Source: an uncultured archaeon
GTDB taxonomy: Archaea > Asgardarchaeota > Thorarchaeia > Thorarchaeales > Thorarchaeaceae
NCBI GenBank assembly: GCA_964354495.1
Contig: CAYHAA010000001.1
Coordinates: forward strand, 308,075 to 340,074
Direction of reading: 5' to 3'
Length of the DNA: 32,000 nucleotides
In this document: piece after piece, positions 1 through 8,622 of the stretch
How positions within the stretch are numbered: the stretch's first letter is position 1
Layout: every line of letters begins with the position of its first letter
Program-made: the position numbers and the translations under genes
The notes under the pieces: generated by a model
Seen by the model: only the letters and a program-made list of their open reading frames with translations
Databases searched by the model: none
Told to the model about the DNA's origin: nothing

Positions 1-198
1 CGAGGGAGCAAATTGGCTGACTACATCCCTCCATATGTTGGAGACCTTGCTGGCTCGGTTGACTTCTACAAGAACACCGGCAGGATTCTCTATACTCATA
101 GTCTGAATCCAAAACAGACTGCCGCTGGGTGCCACAAGTGCGGCGGATGTACGCCTATCCAAGAAGCATATGACTGGGCAGCAGCGCAGAAGTTATAG
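1..198 (+). CDS. 3' end of a gene running in from the left edge; contains a CxxCxxC motif (CHKCGGC), function unknown
   Basis: Frame 1 is open from base 1 (RGSKLADYIPPYVGDL...) to TAG at 196-198; the next gene starts 2 nt later. Confidence 0.55.
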   Translation, partial: RGSKLADYIPPYVGDLAGSVDFYKNTGRILYTHSLNPKQTAAGCHKCGGCTPIQEAYDWAAAQKL

Positions 199-200
199 CG

Positions 201-719
201 GTGAACAACTCTCTAGGATTGATGAACACATCTGACTTGCCTGCTGAGGAAATCCGTGTGGTTGAGTTCGCAGAGGCGGACGCAGAAGAAATCTCAGAAT
301 TGTTCAGACAAGTATGGCCACTTGCTCTAGAGTATCCTAAGCACTGGCGAAAGAAACGTATGTACGCGCCGGCGAGGATTATTCGAGAGATGAGATCAGG
401 CTATCATTACTTTGGTAGTAGACTTGAGGGAAAGATCGTGGGAGTCTACAAGGCCATCATTACTGAGAAGGGACTATATGGAGCGCATCAGACTGTACGT
501 CTGGAGTGTAGGACTTCCGGTTTAGCTTCTGCAATGTATATTCAATTTGCAGAGTACGCCAGAGAACACGGATGCCAAATGAATTACTGCAACATCCTCG
601 TTGGTCAGGAAGTCGGAGAACGTCTAATGAGGAAATTCGGATTTACACCTTGGGGCAAGCCCTATGAACAGGCTAAGGGCATGTTGGTACAGATGTACGA
701 ACGTCTTCTGGTTCCTTGA
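201..719 (+). CDS. GNAT-family N-acetyltransferase
   Basis: GNAT layout: N-terminal 'IRVVEFAEADAEEISELF', 'GKIVG', acetyl-CoA loop 'VRLECRTSGLASAM', terminal 'LMRKFGF'. Confidence 0.8.
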   Translation: MNNSLGLMNTSDLPAEEIRVVEFAEADAEEISELFRQVWPLALEYPKHWRKKRMYAPARIIREMRSGYHYFGSRLEGKIVGVYKAIITEKGLYGAHQTVRLECRTSGLASAMYIQFAEYAREHGCQMNYCNILVGQEVGERLMRKFGFTPWGKPYEQAKGMLVQMYERLLVP

Positions 720-792
720 TTTTCTTCAGTTCCGAAAGACCTTTAGATAGCTCAGGAACCCACACTATGTCAAACTACCTCGAGGAATCAAT

Positions 793-2460
793 ATGGAAGT
801 CTTCCCGATTCTCGTAGATGGCGAAGAAGTGGACACAGGAAAATACACGGTCTTTCCAGACATGGAGAAGGTGACTCAGGATCCGGGTCTTGGCATTGCC
901 CTGCAACTACAGAACGCCTCATCACTCTCACGCTTCGTCTTCTCTAAGATTCCCGGAATGATATCCAGTAGTACTCCTGAGATGAGATTCCTCAGAGACT
1001 ATCGAAAATACCACGGTGTTCCAAAGTACTCTAAAGATGAGCTCGACGACGTAGTCTATACAAAGGTTTCACTGTCTCGTGAACAGGATATCGAGAGAGC
1101 GATAACTGCGGGCACACGAGATCATATGAAACTGTACAACCCCTTCAGAATCCCTGGCATGGGCGTGACTTTGGACGAGAGGGCGGACGCGCTGCACAAC
1201 GCAAGTCTAGAGATCAAGAAGAATTGGGATGTTATTCGGGAGATATCCATCAAGGAAGGAATGCCTGTTGGTACCCTGAAATGGGCTTGGAACCTTGGGG
1301 CGTGGAGTGACTACCGAAAATCCGTGGATGAGTGGGGAAAACTTCTTGATGTGATTGAAGAACCAGGGCTTGATGGAGGAAGGTCATATCGCTTTCGCGA
1401 GCCGTACGGCGTGTCTGCATTGTTCACGCCATATAATGCTCCTATCGCTTTGGGTATCTTCAGTATCACCTCGTCCGTTCTCGCAGGCAATTCGACGATT
1501 CTGAAACCGCCGAACAAGGTCCCTCTGAGTACGATTATCTTTGCTCGCATTTTCATGAAGAGTTTCCTTGAGAGCGGAATGCCATCATCAATACTGCAAG
1601 TCCTTACTGGCGGAGGAAAAGAGCTGATGGAGCGATTCGTTTCCGACCCCAGAGTCGGGGCACTCGTCTGGTACGGTGACAGTGATGTTGGTTTGAAGCT
1701 GTGGTCCAATGCAGTTGGAAGACGGACTCAGATGGCTCCTGAGTTAGCAGGCAGCGATCCATGTCTTGTCTGGGGAAAAGATGTAGATCTTCGAAAGGCT
1801 GCTGAGGTCATTACAAAGGGGCGATTCCTCGGTAGTGGACAGGCATGTATGGCTATCAAACGCTTGATTGTGCAAGACTCATTGTATAGCGAGCTGGTAT
1901 CGCTACTAGTCGAAGAAGCCAAGAAGCTCAAGGTTGGTCTTCCATCCGATCCAACGGTATCACTGTCTCCCGTTGGCATCACAGCGCTTTACCTCCTTAT
2001 AGATCAAATGAAGGACGCAGTGGCAAAGGGTGCGAAGATTGAAACGGGCGGATATCGAGTCAACTATCTTGATGAGCCTGATCCTACAGGGTTGTTCTAC
2101 AAGCCCACGATTGTCACCAATGTCAGTCTGAATATGCGTCTGATGACTGAAGAGGTATTTGCTCCCGCACTGCCGGTATACCCTGTAAAGAGCGTCGATG
2201 AGGCAATTTCTGTGGCTAATCAATCGCGCTTTGGCCTCAGGTCCAGCGTGATTACTGATGACATCAAGATTCGACAAAGATGGATTAAGGAAGTTGAAAC
2301 GGCAGGCGTTGGAACTGGAGACGACCACCTATATTACGACCCCTATATGCCACACCTTGGAGGATACAAGGACTCGGGGATTATCGGAGGAAAATACTTC
2401 ACGACCATGCTCTCACGAATGAAGTATGTGCATGCAGGTCCCGAAACCGGGTTTCTCTGA
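793..2460 (+). CDS. NAD(P)-dependent aldehyde dehydrogenase family protein with an atypical N-terminal region
   Basis: REPYGV..FTPYNAP, ILKP, catalytic Glu in PELAGSDP, catalytic Cys in GQACMA, EEVFAP, ANQSRFGL, GGYKDSG. Confidence 0.9.
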   Translation: MEVFPILVDGEEVDTGKYTVFPDMEKVTQDPGLGIALQLQNASSLSRFVFSKIPGMISSSTPEMRFLRDYRKYHGVPKYSKDELDDVVYTKVSLSREQDIERAITAGTRDHMKLYNPFRIPGMGVTLDERADALHNASLEIKKNWDVIREISIKEGMPVGTLKWAWNLGAWSDYRKSVDEWGKLLDVIEEPGLDGGRSYRFREPYGVSALFTPYNAPIALGIFSITSSVLAGNSTILKPPNKVPLSTIIFARIFMKSFLESGMPSSILQVLTGGGKELMERFVSDPRVGALVWYGDSDVGLKLWSNAVGRRTQMAPELAGSDPCLVWGKDVDLRKAAEVITKGRFLGSGQACMAIKRLIVQDSLYSELVSLLVEEAKKLKVGLPSDPTVSLSPVGITALYLLIDQMKDAVAKGAKIETGGYRVNYLDEPDPTGLFYKPTIVTNVSLNMRLMTEEVFAPALPVYPVKSVDEAISVANQSRFGLRSSVITDDIKIRQRWIKEVETAGVGTGDDHLYYDPYMPHLGGYKDSGIIGGKYFTTMLSRMKYVHAGPETGFL

Positions 2461-2518
2461 TACTCCAGCTATTGAATACGTTCATTTGGTGCTCTTGATG
2501 TACTCTGTATGAGAGTAG

Positions 2519-3853
2519 ATGACCAAAACTGCGGGCAACCAACGAATTTCCAGTGGTCCAGAGGCAATCAAAAAAGCCCTAGAGGCTCTGCTCAAATATC
2601 AGAATTCATCAATGTCAATGAGACGTGTCTTGCGAGAGATGCGGACAGAGTCAGCACCAGAGCAGTATACTCTTCATGAGCCACTTGCTCTCGGTGTCAT
2701 TAGATATCTGAACACGATTGATTTCCTGCTGGCTCGCTCTCTCGGTTCCATCAGACCTCAAGACTTGACACCCCGTGATAGGAATCTACTACGCCTGGCC
2801 ATCTATGACGTTCGTTGGCTGGACTCAGCTGACATTCTGGAGTACACCAAGGGCTTGGATTCCTCTTTATGTGAGGTATTAAGCAAGGCGATCAATCTCG
2901 ATTTTGATGCTACTATTGCACATTTGCCAAAGGTGAATCAGGAGAGTCTACGATATTCTCACCCCACATTCATTGTAGAGACCCTTCATGCGCACTTGGG
3001 AGAACGCGATACATATCAGCTTCTCTCCGCCAACAATAGGTCTCATGTCTATTACCTACGACCGAATAAGCATCGAGAAGGGTTTGAGGAGTCAATCGAG
3101 AAGTTGCAGGAATTAGGGGTTCGTTTGACACCTGACTCGAGTGTGCAAGATCTGCTCCGTATATCAGGTGATGTCAATGCAGTTATTTCTTCTGAGCCCT
3201 TTCAGAATGGAGCTGTACTGATTCATGACAAAGCAAGTATATTGACTGCAAAGGCACTTCACGCTTCTCAGGGAGAGGTCATTTGGGATGCCTGTGCCGC
3301 ACCGGGGATGAAAACGCATCTCCTCACTGAGATAATGAATAATACTGGCAGGGTCGTTGCTTCTGATGTATACGCAGATCGTGTCAGGTCCGCCAAAAAG
3401 CGATCCGAATTCCTTGGTGTGAGAAATGTATGTTGGGTGCAGGCTGATGCCTCTAAGATGAAGGTGAAGGGAGCTCGTAGAATCCTCATCGATGCTCCAT
3501 GTTCTTCCACGGGCATGATTCAAGGCCATCCCTCATTCAAATGGCGGCTTAACAAAGAAGTCCTCATGTCTATCATGTCAGTACAGCATAAGATACTCGA
3601 TGGTGTCCTGAGCGCCTACAGAGATGAACCGGGCACAGAGATTGTCTATGCCACATGTTCGATTCTCCCTCACGAAGGTGAGTCTCAGATAGATTCTGTC
3701 ATGAGTACACATAACATCGAACTCATTGATACGGAGATAAGAGGAGATGCAGGCTATGATGGTTTTCAGTGTTCTGAAATGGTCCGAAGGCTGTTTCCAC
3801 ACAAGCATCAAACAAGCGGATTCTTCATAGCTCGGATGCGGATTGTGCAGTGA
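2519..3853 (+). CDS. rsmB: RsmB/NOP2/NSUN-family RNA m5C methyltransferase with NusB-like N-terminal domain
   Basis: SAM motif DACAAPGMKT, motif IV DAPCSSTG, motif VI YATCS, C-terminal GFFIARM; RNA target cannot be assigned. Confidence 0.88.
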   Translation: MTKTAGNQRISSGPEAIKKALEALLKYQNSSMSMRRVLREMRTESAPEQYTLHEPLALGVIRYLNTIDFLLARSLGSIRPQDLTPRDRNLLRLAIYDVRWLDSADILEYTKGLDSSLCEVLSKAINLDFDATIAHLPKVNQESLRYSHPTFIVETLHAHLGERDTYQLLSANNRSHVYYLRPNKHREGFEESIEKLQELGVRLTPDSSVQDLLRISGDVNAVISSEPFQNGAVLIHDKASILTAKALHASQGEVIWDACAAPGMKTHLLTEIMNNTGRVVASDVYADRVRSAKKRSEFLGVRNVCWVQADASKMKVKGARRILIDAPCSSTGMIQGHPSFKWRLNKEVLMSIMSVQHKILDGVLSAYRDEPGTEIVYATCSILPHEGESQIDSVMSTHNIELIDTEIRGDAGYDGFQCSEMVRRLFPHKHQTSGFFIARMRIVQ

Positions 3854-4781
3854 TTCGTCTTTCGATGGACTCCATTACTCGTCGAGCGAACTCCCTGTCA
3901 TCCTTGAATGACCATGGTATCTTGAGGAAAAGCTTGTTGGCACTGATCATCATGTCTTCGTCGCGACTTACGAGGGCTTTGAAGAGGATTCTTGTCCATA
4001 TGAAGCACGGATGCTCTTGGAACTCCTGATTCTTCTTAGAGGTGGCTGCGATATCAGTGAGGTAAGCAATTCCCTCTTTGGGTTTGCCCAACATCAGGTC
4101 TGCGAGTGCTCCCATGCAAGCCAAGATAACTGCATTCTTAGTCATCCCTGACTCGATGTACGACTTTGCTCCTTCCTTGTACTCCTCAGCCTTCTTTTCA
4201 TAGAGTGCCCGGCCATGACTAATGATGAGGTCTTTGCCCTCATTCTTATCCGCTTTCTTTAATGAGACACCCCCGTGAACTGCAGCCTTGAGTTCAATCT
4301 GCATATCGCTCATAGGAGTTGTTTCGTTTAGTTTACGCATCTTCTCTACGATATCTGTACCGGCCTTCACAAGTATCTGTTTGATCACGGGGTTGTTCAA
4401 TGAGATATCTTTCTTCTGTAATCCGTTTTCATAAGATACCCTTGCGGCTCGAAAGAAGTCATAAGCTCTGTCAGTGAGATTGTTCTTGATTGCGAAATCG
4501 ATAGCTTTGACATATGCTAGAATGGCATTGTCTGTTTCATTCAGATTTTCAAACTGCCCTGCTGCCTCAATAATCCAAGGAAACGCATCTGTGCTATTCA
4601 TTTCGATTGCTTGTTGTCCCCTCGAGAGAGAACTATAGGCATCAACACAAATTGTGGCAATGTCATGTTTTTGGCACTTTGCAGCTATTTCGATTTTTGA
4701 GAGGCTTCCACCTCTAAGTCTGCACATGCTGGCTCCTGTCTCTTTGATGCCGAACCATGTGCAATTCTCATCGCCTGACAA
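3825..4781 (-). CDS. alpha-helical TPR-like protein, alpha-SNAP/Sec17-like, with a short Cys-rich N-terminus
   Basis: TTG start with GGAGTGA RBS; helical repeats; [11 protein letters not shown] resembles alpha-SNAP [11 protein letters not shown] (recalled sequence). Confidence 0.55.
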   Translation of the reverse strand: [318 protein letters not shown]

Positions 4782-4894
4782 CAGATCTCACTCCAAGCAT
4801 CACTATCATTCTGTTTTCTGAGTTAAAAAACAAACCCTCGTTATATCGTTACCTTTAAACCCTAACCTAGGGGGCAATTAGTGAGGTTCCCAAG

Positions 4895-5302
4895 GTGTCA
4901 GACGATGATACCGAGCTTGCAATCATTCGCCGTAAGAAAATGGCTGAACTAGTGGCGCGAGAGAAGAGATCGCAGGAAACCAAGGTACAGAATCAGAAGA
5001 TCAACGTGGAGCGCGAGAAGGTTCTGAAACGTTTTCTTGACCCTGCCGCTGCATCGTATCTTGAAGGTCTCAAAACACGTGAACCCGAAGTGGGAAACAG
5101 GATACAGGATATAATCCTCCATTTAATAGTCAATCGTGGTCTACGCCAAACAATCACACAGACTGATGTACGATACATTGAACGGCAAATCAAGGGTGAG
5201 GAACCAACAATTCGCGTACAACGCGACGGCGAAATCTCTGACTTTGGTTCATATGTCCGTGAAGCCATCAAAAAGAATAGCAGCGATTCAGAATCAAATT
5301 AG
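4895..5302 (+). CDS. PDCD5-like double-stranded DNA-binding protein with a C-terminal extension
   Basis: GAGGT RBS + GTG; 'DTELAIIRRKKMAEL...VLKRFLDPAAASYLEGLKTREPE...IT' follows the PDCD5/MTH1615 pattern. Confidence 0.75.
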   Translation: MSDDDTELAIIRRKKMAELVAREKRSQETKVQNQKINVEREKVLKRFLDPAAASYLEGLKTREPEVGNRIQDIILHLIVNRGLRQTITQTDVRYIERQIKGEEPTIRVQRDGEISDFGSYVREAIKKNSSDSESN

Positions 5303-6201
5303 CCCAAAGCCTGTGCACGAGCCTTCCATTCTCTAATGGTATATTGTAGTTCCTCTACACTACCTGAGTGTTTTTTCCAGGAATCAGCAGTTCTCATCAT
5401 CTGGAAGATAAGGGCTCCACCTCTTGCGAGTTTCTGCTCGAGAACCTCGACTGCTGTCTCTATTGCGAGGACAATGCTCTTGTTGTCATCTGTCTTCTGC
5501 AGGAGCTCTTCGAGTTCTTCGAAAACTTGGGGAGGATCAAGTTGTATCCACTTGTCCCTTGGTACGATTACTTCTCTGTACTTGACTGCTGGAATAACGG
5601 TATGCCCTTCTCTTATCTCAACTTCGCCGTCAGTCTGAAGGGCTTCACAGTACTTTAGGGCTTGCGTCATATCAAGGACAAGACTCGAAGCGATCTCCTC
5701 CAATCGCACCGTCTTTCGATTTAGGACCATATTCAAGATTCGATATTTTTGGTCTCCATATTCCGACAAGACTTGCCTAAGCTTTTCTTGAGCGCCTTCT
5801 CCCTGATTCAGGACTGAGGTGGCAGCTTGCGAGAGGATTTTCAAGTCTTCTCTCAGTTTCTCAATCGTCATCTCTGCATGTGCCAGGTTGTTTCTCAGAG
5901 TCTGGCTCTCTGACTGTGGTTGTTTTTTCGCCAGAAGATGTATCTGCTCGGATTTGATACCTTGCATCTCCTTGCCAACCGTTTCAAGTGCTCCCTTTGT
6001 TTTTGCGAGCTGAGATTCGAGCATCTTAATCTGAGATTCACGTTCTGCAAGAGATGCCTCCAATTCGGTAACTTGCGTTCCTAGCTGATTTGTTCTCTTT
6101 TGAGACCCGTTGAGCTGAGCCTGCAGAGCATCTACCTTCTGATTAAGGGAAGCAATCTGCACAGTCTTTTCGCGTAGTCGTTGGTTGATGTCTTCTGACA
6201 T
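5299..6201 (-). CDS. hypothetical protein: long N-terminal coiled coil + winged-helix + C-terminal helical bundle
   Basis: Heptad-rich residues ~1-140; wHTH-like 'YRILNMVLNRKTVRLEEIASSLVLDMTQALKYCEALQTDGEVEI'. ATG 6201 preferred over 6228, which lies too close to the AT-rich TATA-like element. Confidence 0.7.
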   Translation of the reverse strand: MSEDINQRLREKTVQIASLNQKVDALQAQLNGSQKRTNQLGTQVTELEASLAERESQIKMLESQLAKTKGALETVGKEMQGIKSEQIHLLAKKQPQSESQTLRNNLAHAEMTIEKLREDLKILSQAATSVLNQGEGAQEKLRQVLSEYGDQKYRILNMVLNRKTVRLEEIASSLVLDMTQALKYCEALQTDGEVEIREGHTVIPAVKYREVIVPRDKWIQLDPPQVFEELEELLQKTDDNKSIVLAIETAVEVLEQKLARGGALIFQMMRTADSWKKHSGSVEELQYTIREWKARAQALG

Positions 6202-6280
6202 GACAATTCCACTAGTTTGTGCATCCATCGATAATTAAAGGAGCTTCGTGCAAACTTGGAATCCCTTGGAGAATCTGCAA

Positions 6281-7033
6281 TTGAACCCATTCGATGCACA
6301 CACTCATATCGATATGAAGCAGTTTCAAACAGACCTTGAGAGTGTAGTTCAGAGAGCCCGTGATGCAGGACTTGTGGGAATGGTGTCGTCTTCCATGGGC
6401 CCTGAATCGTTCCGAAGAACGATGGGTATCATGAAGAAGCACACGGACTTCATCTATCACTCGGCAGGATGCTCCGTTTCTCAGCTTACTGGAGAAGATG
6501 CTACCAGTATTATCGAGCTTGCCCAGAGGCATTCAAAGGAAATTGTGGCAATTGGGGAGGTTGGCCTGGACTACTACTGGATAAAGGATACTCTTGGGCG
6601 AGAAGCGCAGGAGCCCCTGTTTTCGCATTTCATTGAGCTTGCTAAGGAGTTGAACCTGCCAATTGTCATTCATTCTAGGAAGGCTGAGGAAAGAGCCACG
6701 GAAATGCTCGAGGATCAGTTTTCGGGTGATGTGCTGATGCACTGCTTTGATGGCTCTCCTCAAGTGGCTCGACGTATTGCAGATAATGGGTGGCACATAA
6801 CACTTCCAGCGAACTTTGATAGATACCGAAATCGGATCGCTGCCGCAAAGATTGTTCCCCTCGAGCAGATTCTCACGGAGACCGATGGTCCCTATCTCTC
6901 TCCTACTCCTAATCGTAATGAACCAGCTAATGTTCAGTATGGTTGCGAGGCTTTGAGTAGTGCTCTCGGTATATCGGTTGATGACGTTGCTATGGCGACG
7001 ACTAACAATGCAAAACGATTTTATCGCTTGTAG
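6281..7033 (+). CDS. tatD: TatD-family metal-dependent nuclease
   Basis: DAHTHID, IGEVGLDY, IHSR, HCF, ETDGP motifs; TTG 6281 with GGAG RBS preferred (ORF track start 6248). Confidence 0.92.
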   Translation: MNPFDAHTHIDMKQFQTDLESVVQRARDAGLVGMVSSSMGPESFRRTMGIMKKHTDFIYHSAGCSVSQLTGEDATSIIELAQRHSKEIVAIGEVGLDYYWIKDTLGREAQEPLFSHFIELAKELNLPIVIHSRKAEERATEMLEDQFSGDVLMHCFDGSPQVARRIADNGWHITLPANFDRYRNRIAAAKIVPLEQILTETDGPYLSPTPNRNEPANVQYGCEALSSALGISVDDVAMATTNNAKRFYRL

Positions 7034-7071
7034 TTGATAGTACAAGATTGCATTGTTGAGGAAGGTCCAAT

Positions 7072-7863
7072 ATGTACCAGCGTCGATACCTAGAAGTGAA
7101 TGGCGAATCTCTCAAGCAGCCCGTGGCTCTTGTCGGTTTCCCTGGAATCGCGGATGTCGGTAGAATTGCCGTAGAGACCCTGATTCGGGTCCTAGACGCA
7201 GAACACATGTGCGATCTCTTCAGTAAGGACTTTCCACCACGAGTGCTAGTGCAGAATGGCATAAGTGCGATTCCAAGGGCGAGTATCTATCTATATCGGG
7301 CTGCGCCTGATGAGCCGCATGATTTACTCATTCTCACAGCGGACTATCAGCCATCGACGAGTGCTGGTGTCTATGAGTTTGCAGATTTCATAGCTGGCGA
7401 ATACAGCGCACTTGGAGTCAAGGAATTGTTTGCTCTTGCTGCCTATGAACAGAGCTATGAAGACTACTTCAACTCATACCCTGCGCCTCCACGAATCTAT
7501 GTGTCTGCTAGCTCAGAGGAAATGCTTGGTAGACTTTCAGCATCGGGCAATGTTGAAGTTATTAAAGAAGGCTCGATTGTCGGAGCAAATGGTGTGATAC
7601 CCTCCTGGGCCTCAACGCTATACAACATGGATGGAGCGTGCTTGCTAGGCGAAACACTCGGAGTGATTAAGACTGATTACCGCGCTGCAAAGGCTGTTCT
7701 GGAAAAGACAGTGAGTATCGTCGGTATGACCGCGGATTTTGACGAAATGGACTCCGAGATTACTAAGGTAACTCAACTCATAGAATGGGCAAGGCAGGAA
7801 ATCAGCCAGAAAAAGGGACCATCTCAAGACGATAGTAGTCCTTCAGACCTGTACATCGGATAG
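7072..7863 (+). CDS. PAC2-family proteasome assembly chaperone
   Basis: LVGFPGIADVGRIA, FPP.V, ILTADYQP, G.IVGANG, GACLLGET, DYRAAKAVL. Confidence 0.88.
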   Translation: MYQRRYLEVNGESLKQPVALVGFPGIADVGRIAVETLIRVLDAEHMCDLFSKDFPPRVLVQNGISAIPRASIYLYRAAPDEPHDLLILTADYQPSTSAGVYEFADFIAGEYSALGVKELFALAAYEQSYEDYFNSYPAPPRIYVSASSEEMLGRLSASGNVEVIKEGSIVGANGVIPSWASTLYNMDGACLLGETLGVIKTDYRAAKAVLEKTVSIVGMTADFDEMDSEITKVTQLIEWARQEISQKKGPSQDDSSPSDLYIG

Positions 7864-7864
7864 C

Positions 7865-8056
7865 CTATTCGACAGAGTCCGGATGAAGAATATCAGTGAT
7901 CCATGCCTGACTATCAAGATTAATGTAGAAATAATGCTCATCATGTTTGACCTTGACTGTGTATGGAAACCTGTTCGCTTTCTTTAGCACGTCCGGAGGC
8001 ACTCTGAGCAACGTTCTTTTCTGGCAGACAGGGCATTTTGCATATCTCTCAAACAT
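7865..8056 (-). CDS. small putative zinc-binding protein
   Basis: GAGGGGT RBS + ATG; CPVC knuckle followed by H-x2-H and a D-S-Q motif; 63 aa. Confidence 0.65.
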   Translation of the reverse strand: MFERYAKCPVCQKRTLLRVPPDVLKKANRFPYTVKVKHDEHYFYINLDSQAWITDILHPDSVE

Positions 8057-8076
8057 AGTTACCCCTCGTATAGATC

Positions 8077-8394
8077 TTACCCAACTTTCGAGTCTGTACT
8101 CAGAATAAGCAGTGCGTTATTAGTTTCAGGTTCCTCAAGCGCGTTTGTGAACGCTCGAATCACATTCTCGGGAGATTGTTGAGCCAGTTCTTCGGAGTCC
8201 GTGGCAACTATTCTGAGGTTCTCGTAGATACCTGTTTCTGCAAGCACTCTGAACTCAGCATCTTCATTCTTCACCTGCAAAATCAGGAAGCCAGCAAAGT
8301 CCTTGAACTCGTCTCTTGGTCCTCTGAGTCGTGCTGACACCCTCTCGACTCTGCCTTTCTCTTTCATGCTATTCAGAAGATATGCTCGTATCAC
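8077..8394 (-). CDS. conserved-looking hypothetical protein; true start probably upstream (frame open to 8490)
   Basis: Protein-like composition; the frame continues upstream as WKLVIEDSSVEEFIDIRRKVGNQ with no ATG/GTG/TTG. Confidence 0.6.
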   Translation of the reverse strand: MIRAYLLNSMKEKGRVERVSARLRGPRDEFKDFAGFLILQVKNEDAEFRVLAETGIYENLRIVATDSEELAQQSPENVIRAFTNALEEPETNNALLILSTDSKVG

Positions 8395-8622
8395 TTGGTT
8401 TCCGACCTTTCGCCTAATGTCAATGAATTCTTCAACGGATGAGTCTTCTATGACGAGTTTCCATGTCGAGTCGGATATAGTCTTACACCATTATAACACC
8501 AATCAAGAGCAGATATAGAGATTGTCTGGGCGTATCGAGAAGCCTGTCAATGCTGCGGAATAACCTTATTTGTTAGCGCGCAATCCAGTTTAGTTCAGAA
8601 GGACAAGGATGTAGTAGTTGCC

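Noticed and set aside
5299-6201. ESCRT-I/II/III or CdvA identity
   Set aside because: Only generic coiled-coil and WH features; no Vps4 or ESCRT neighbours
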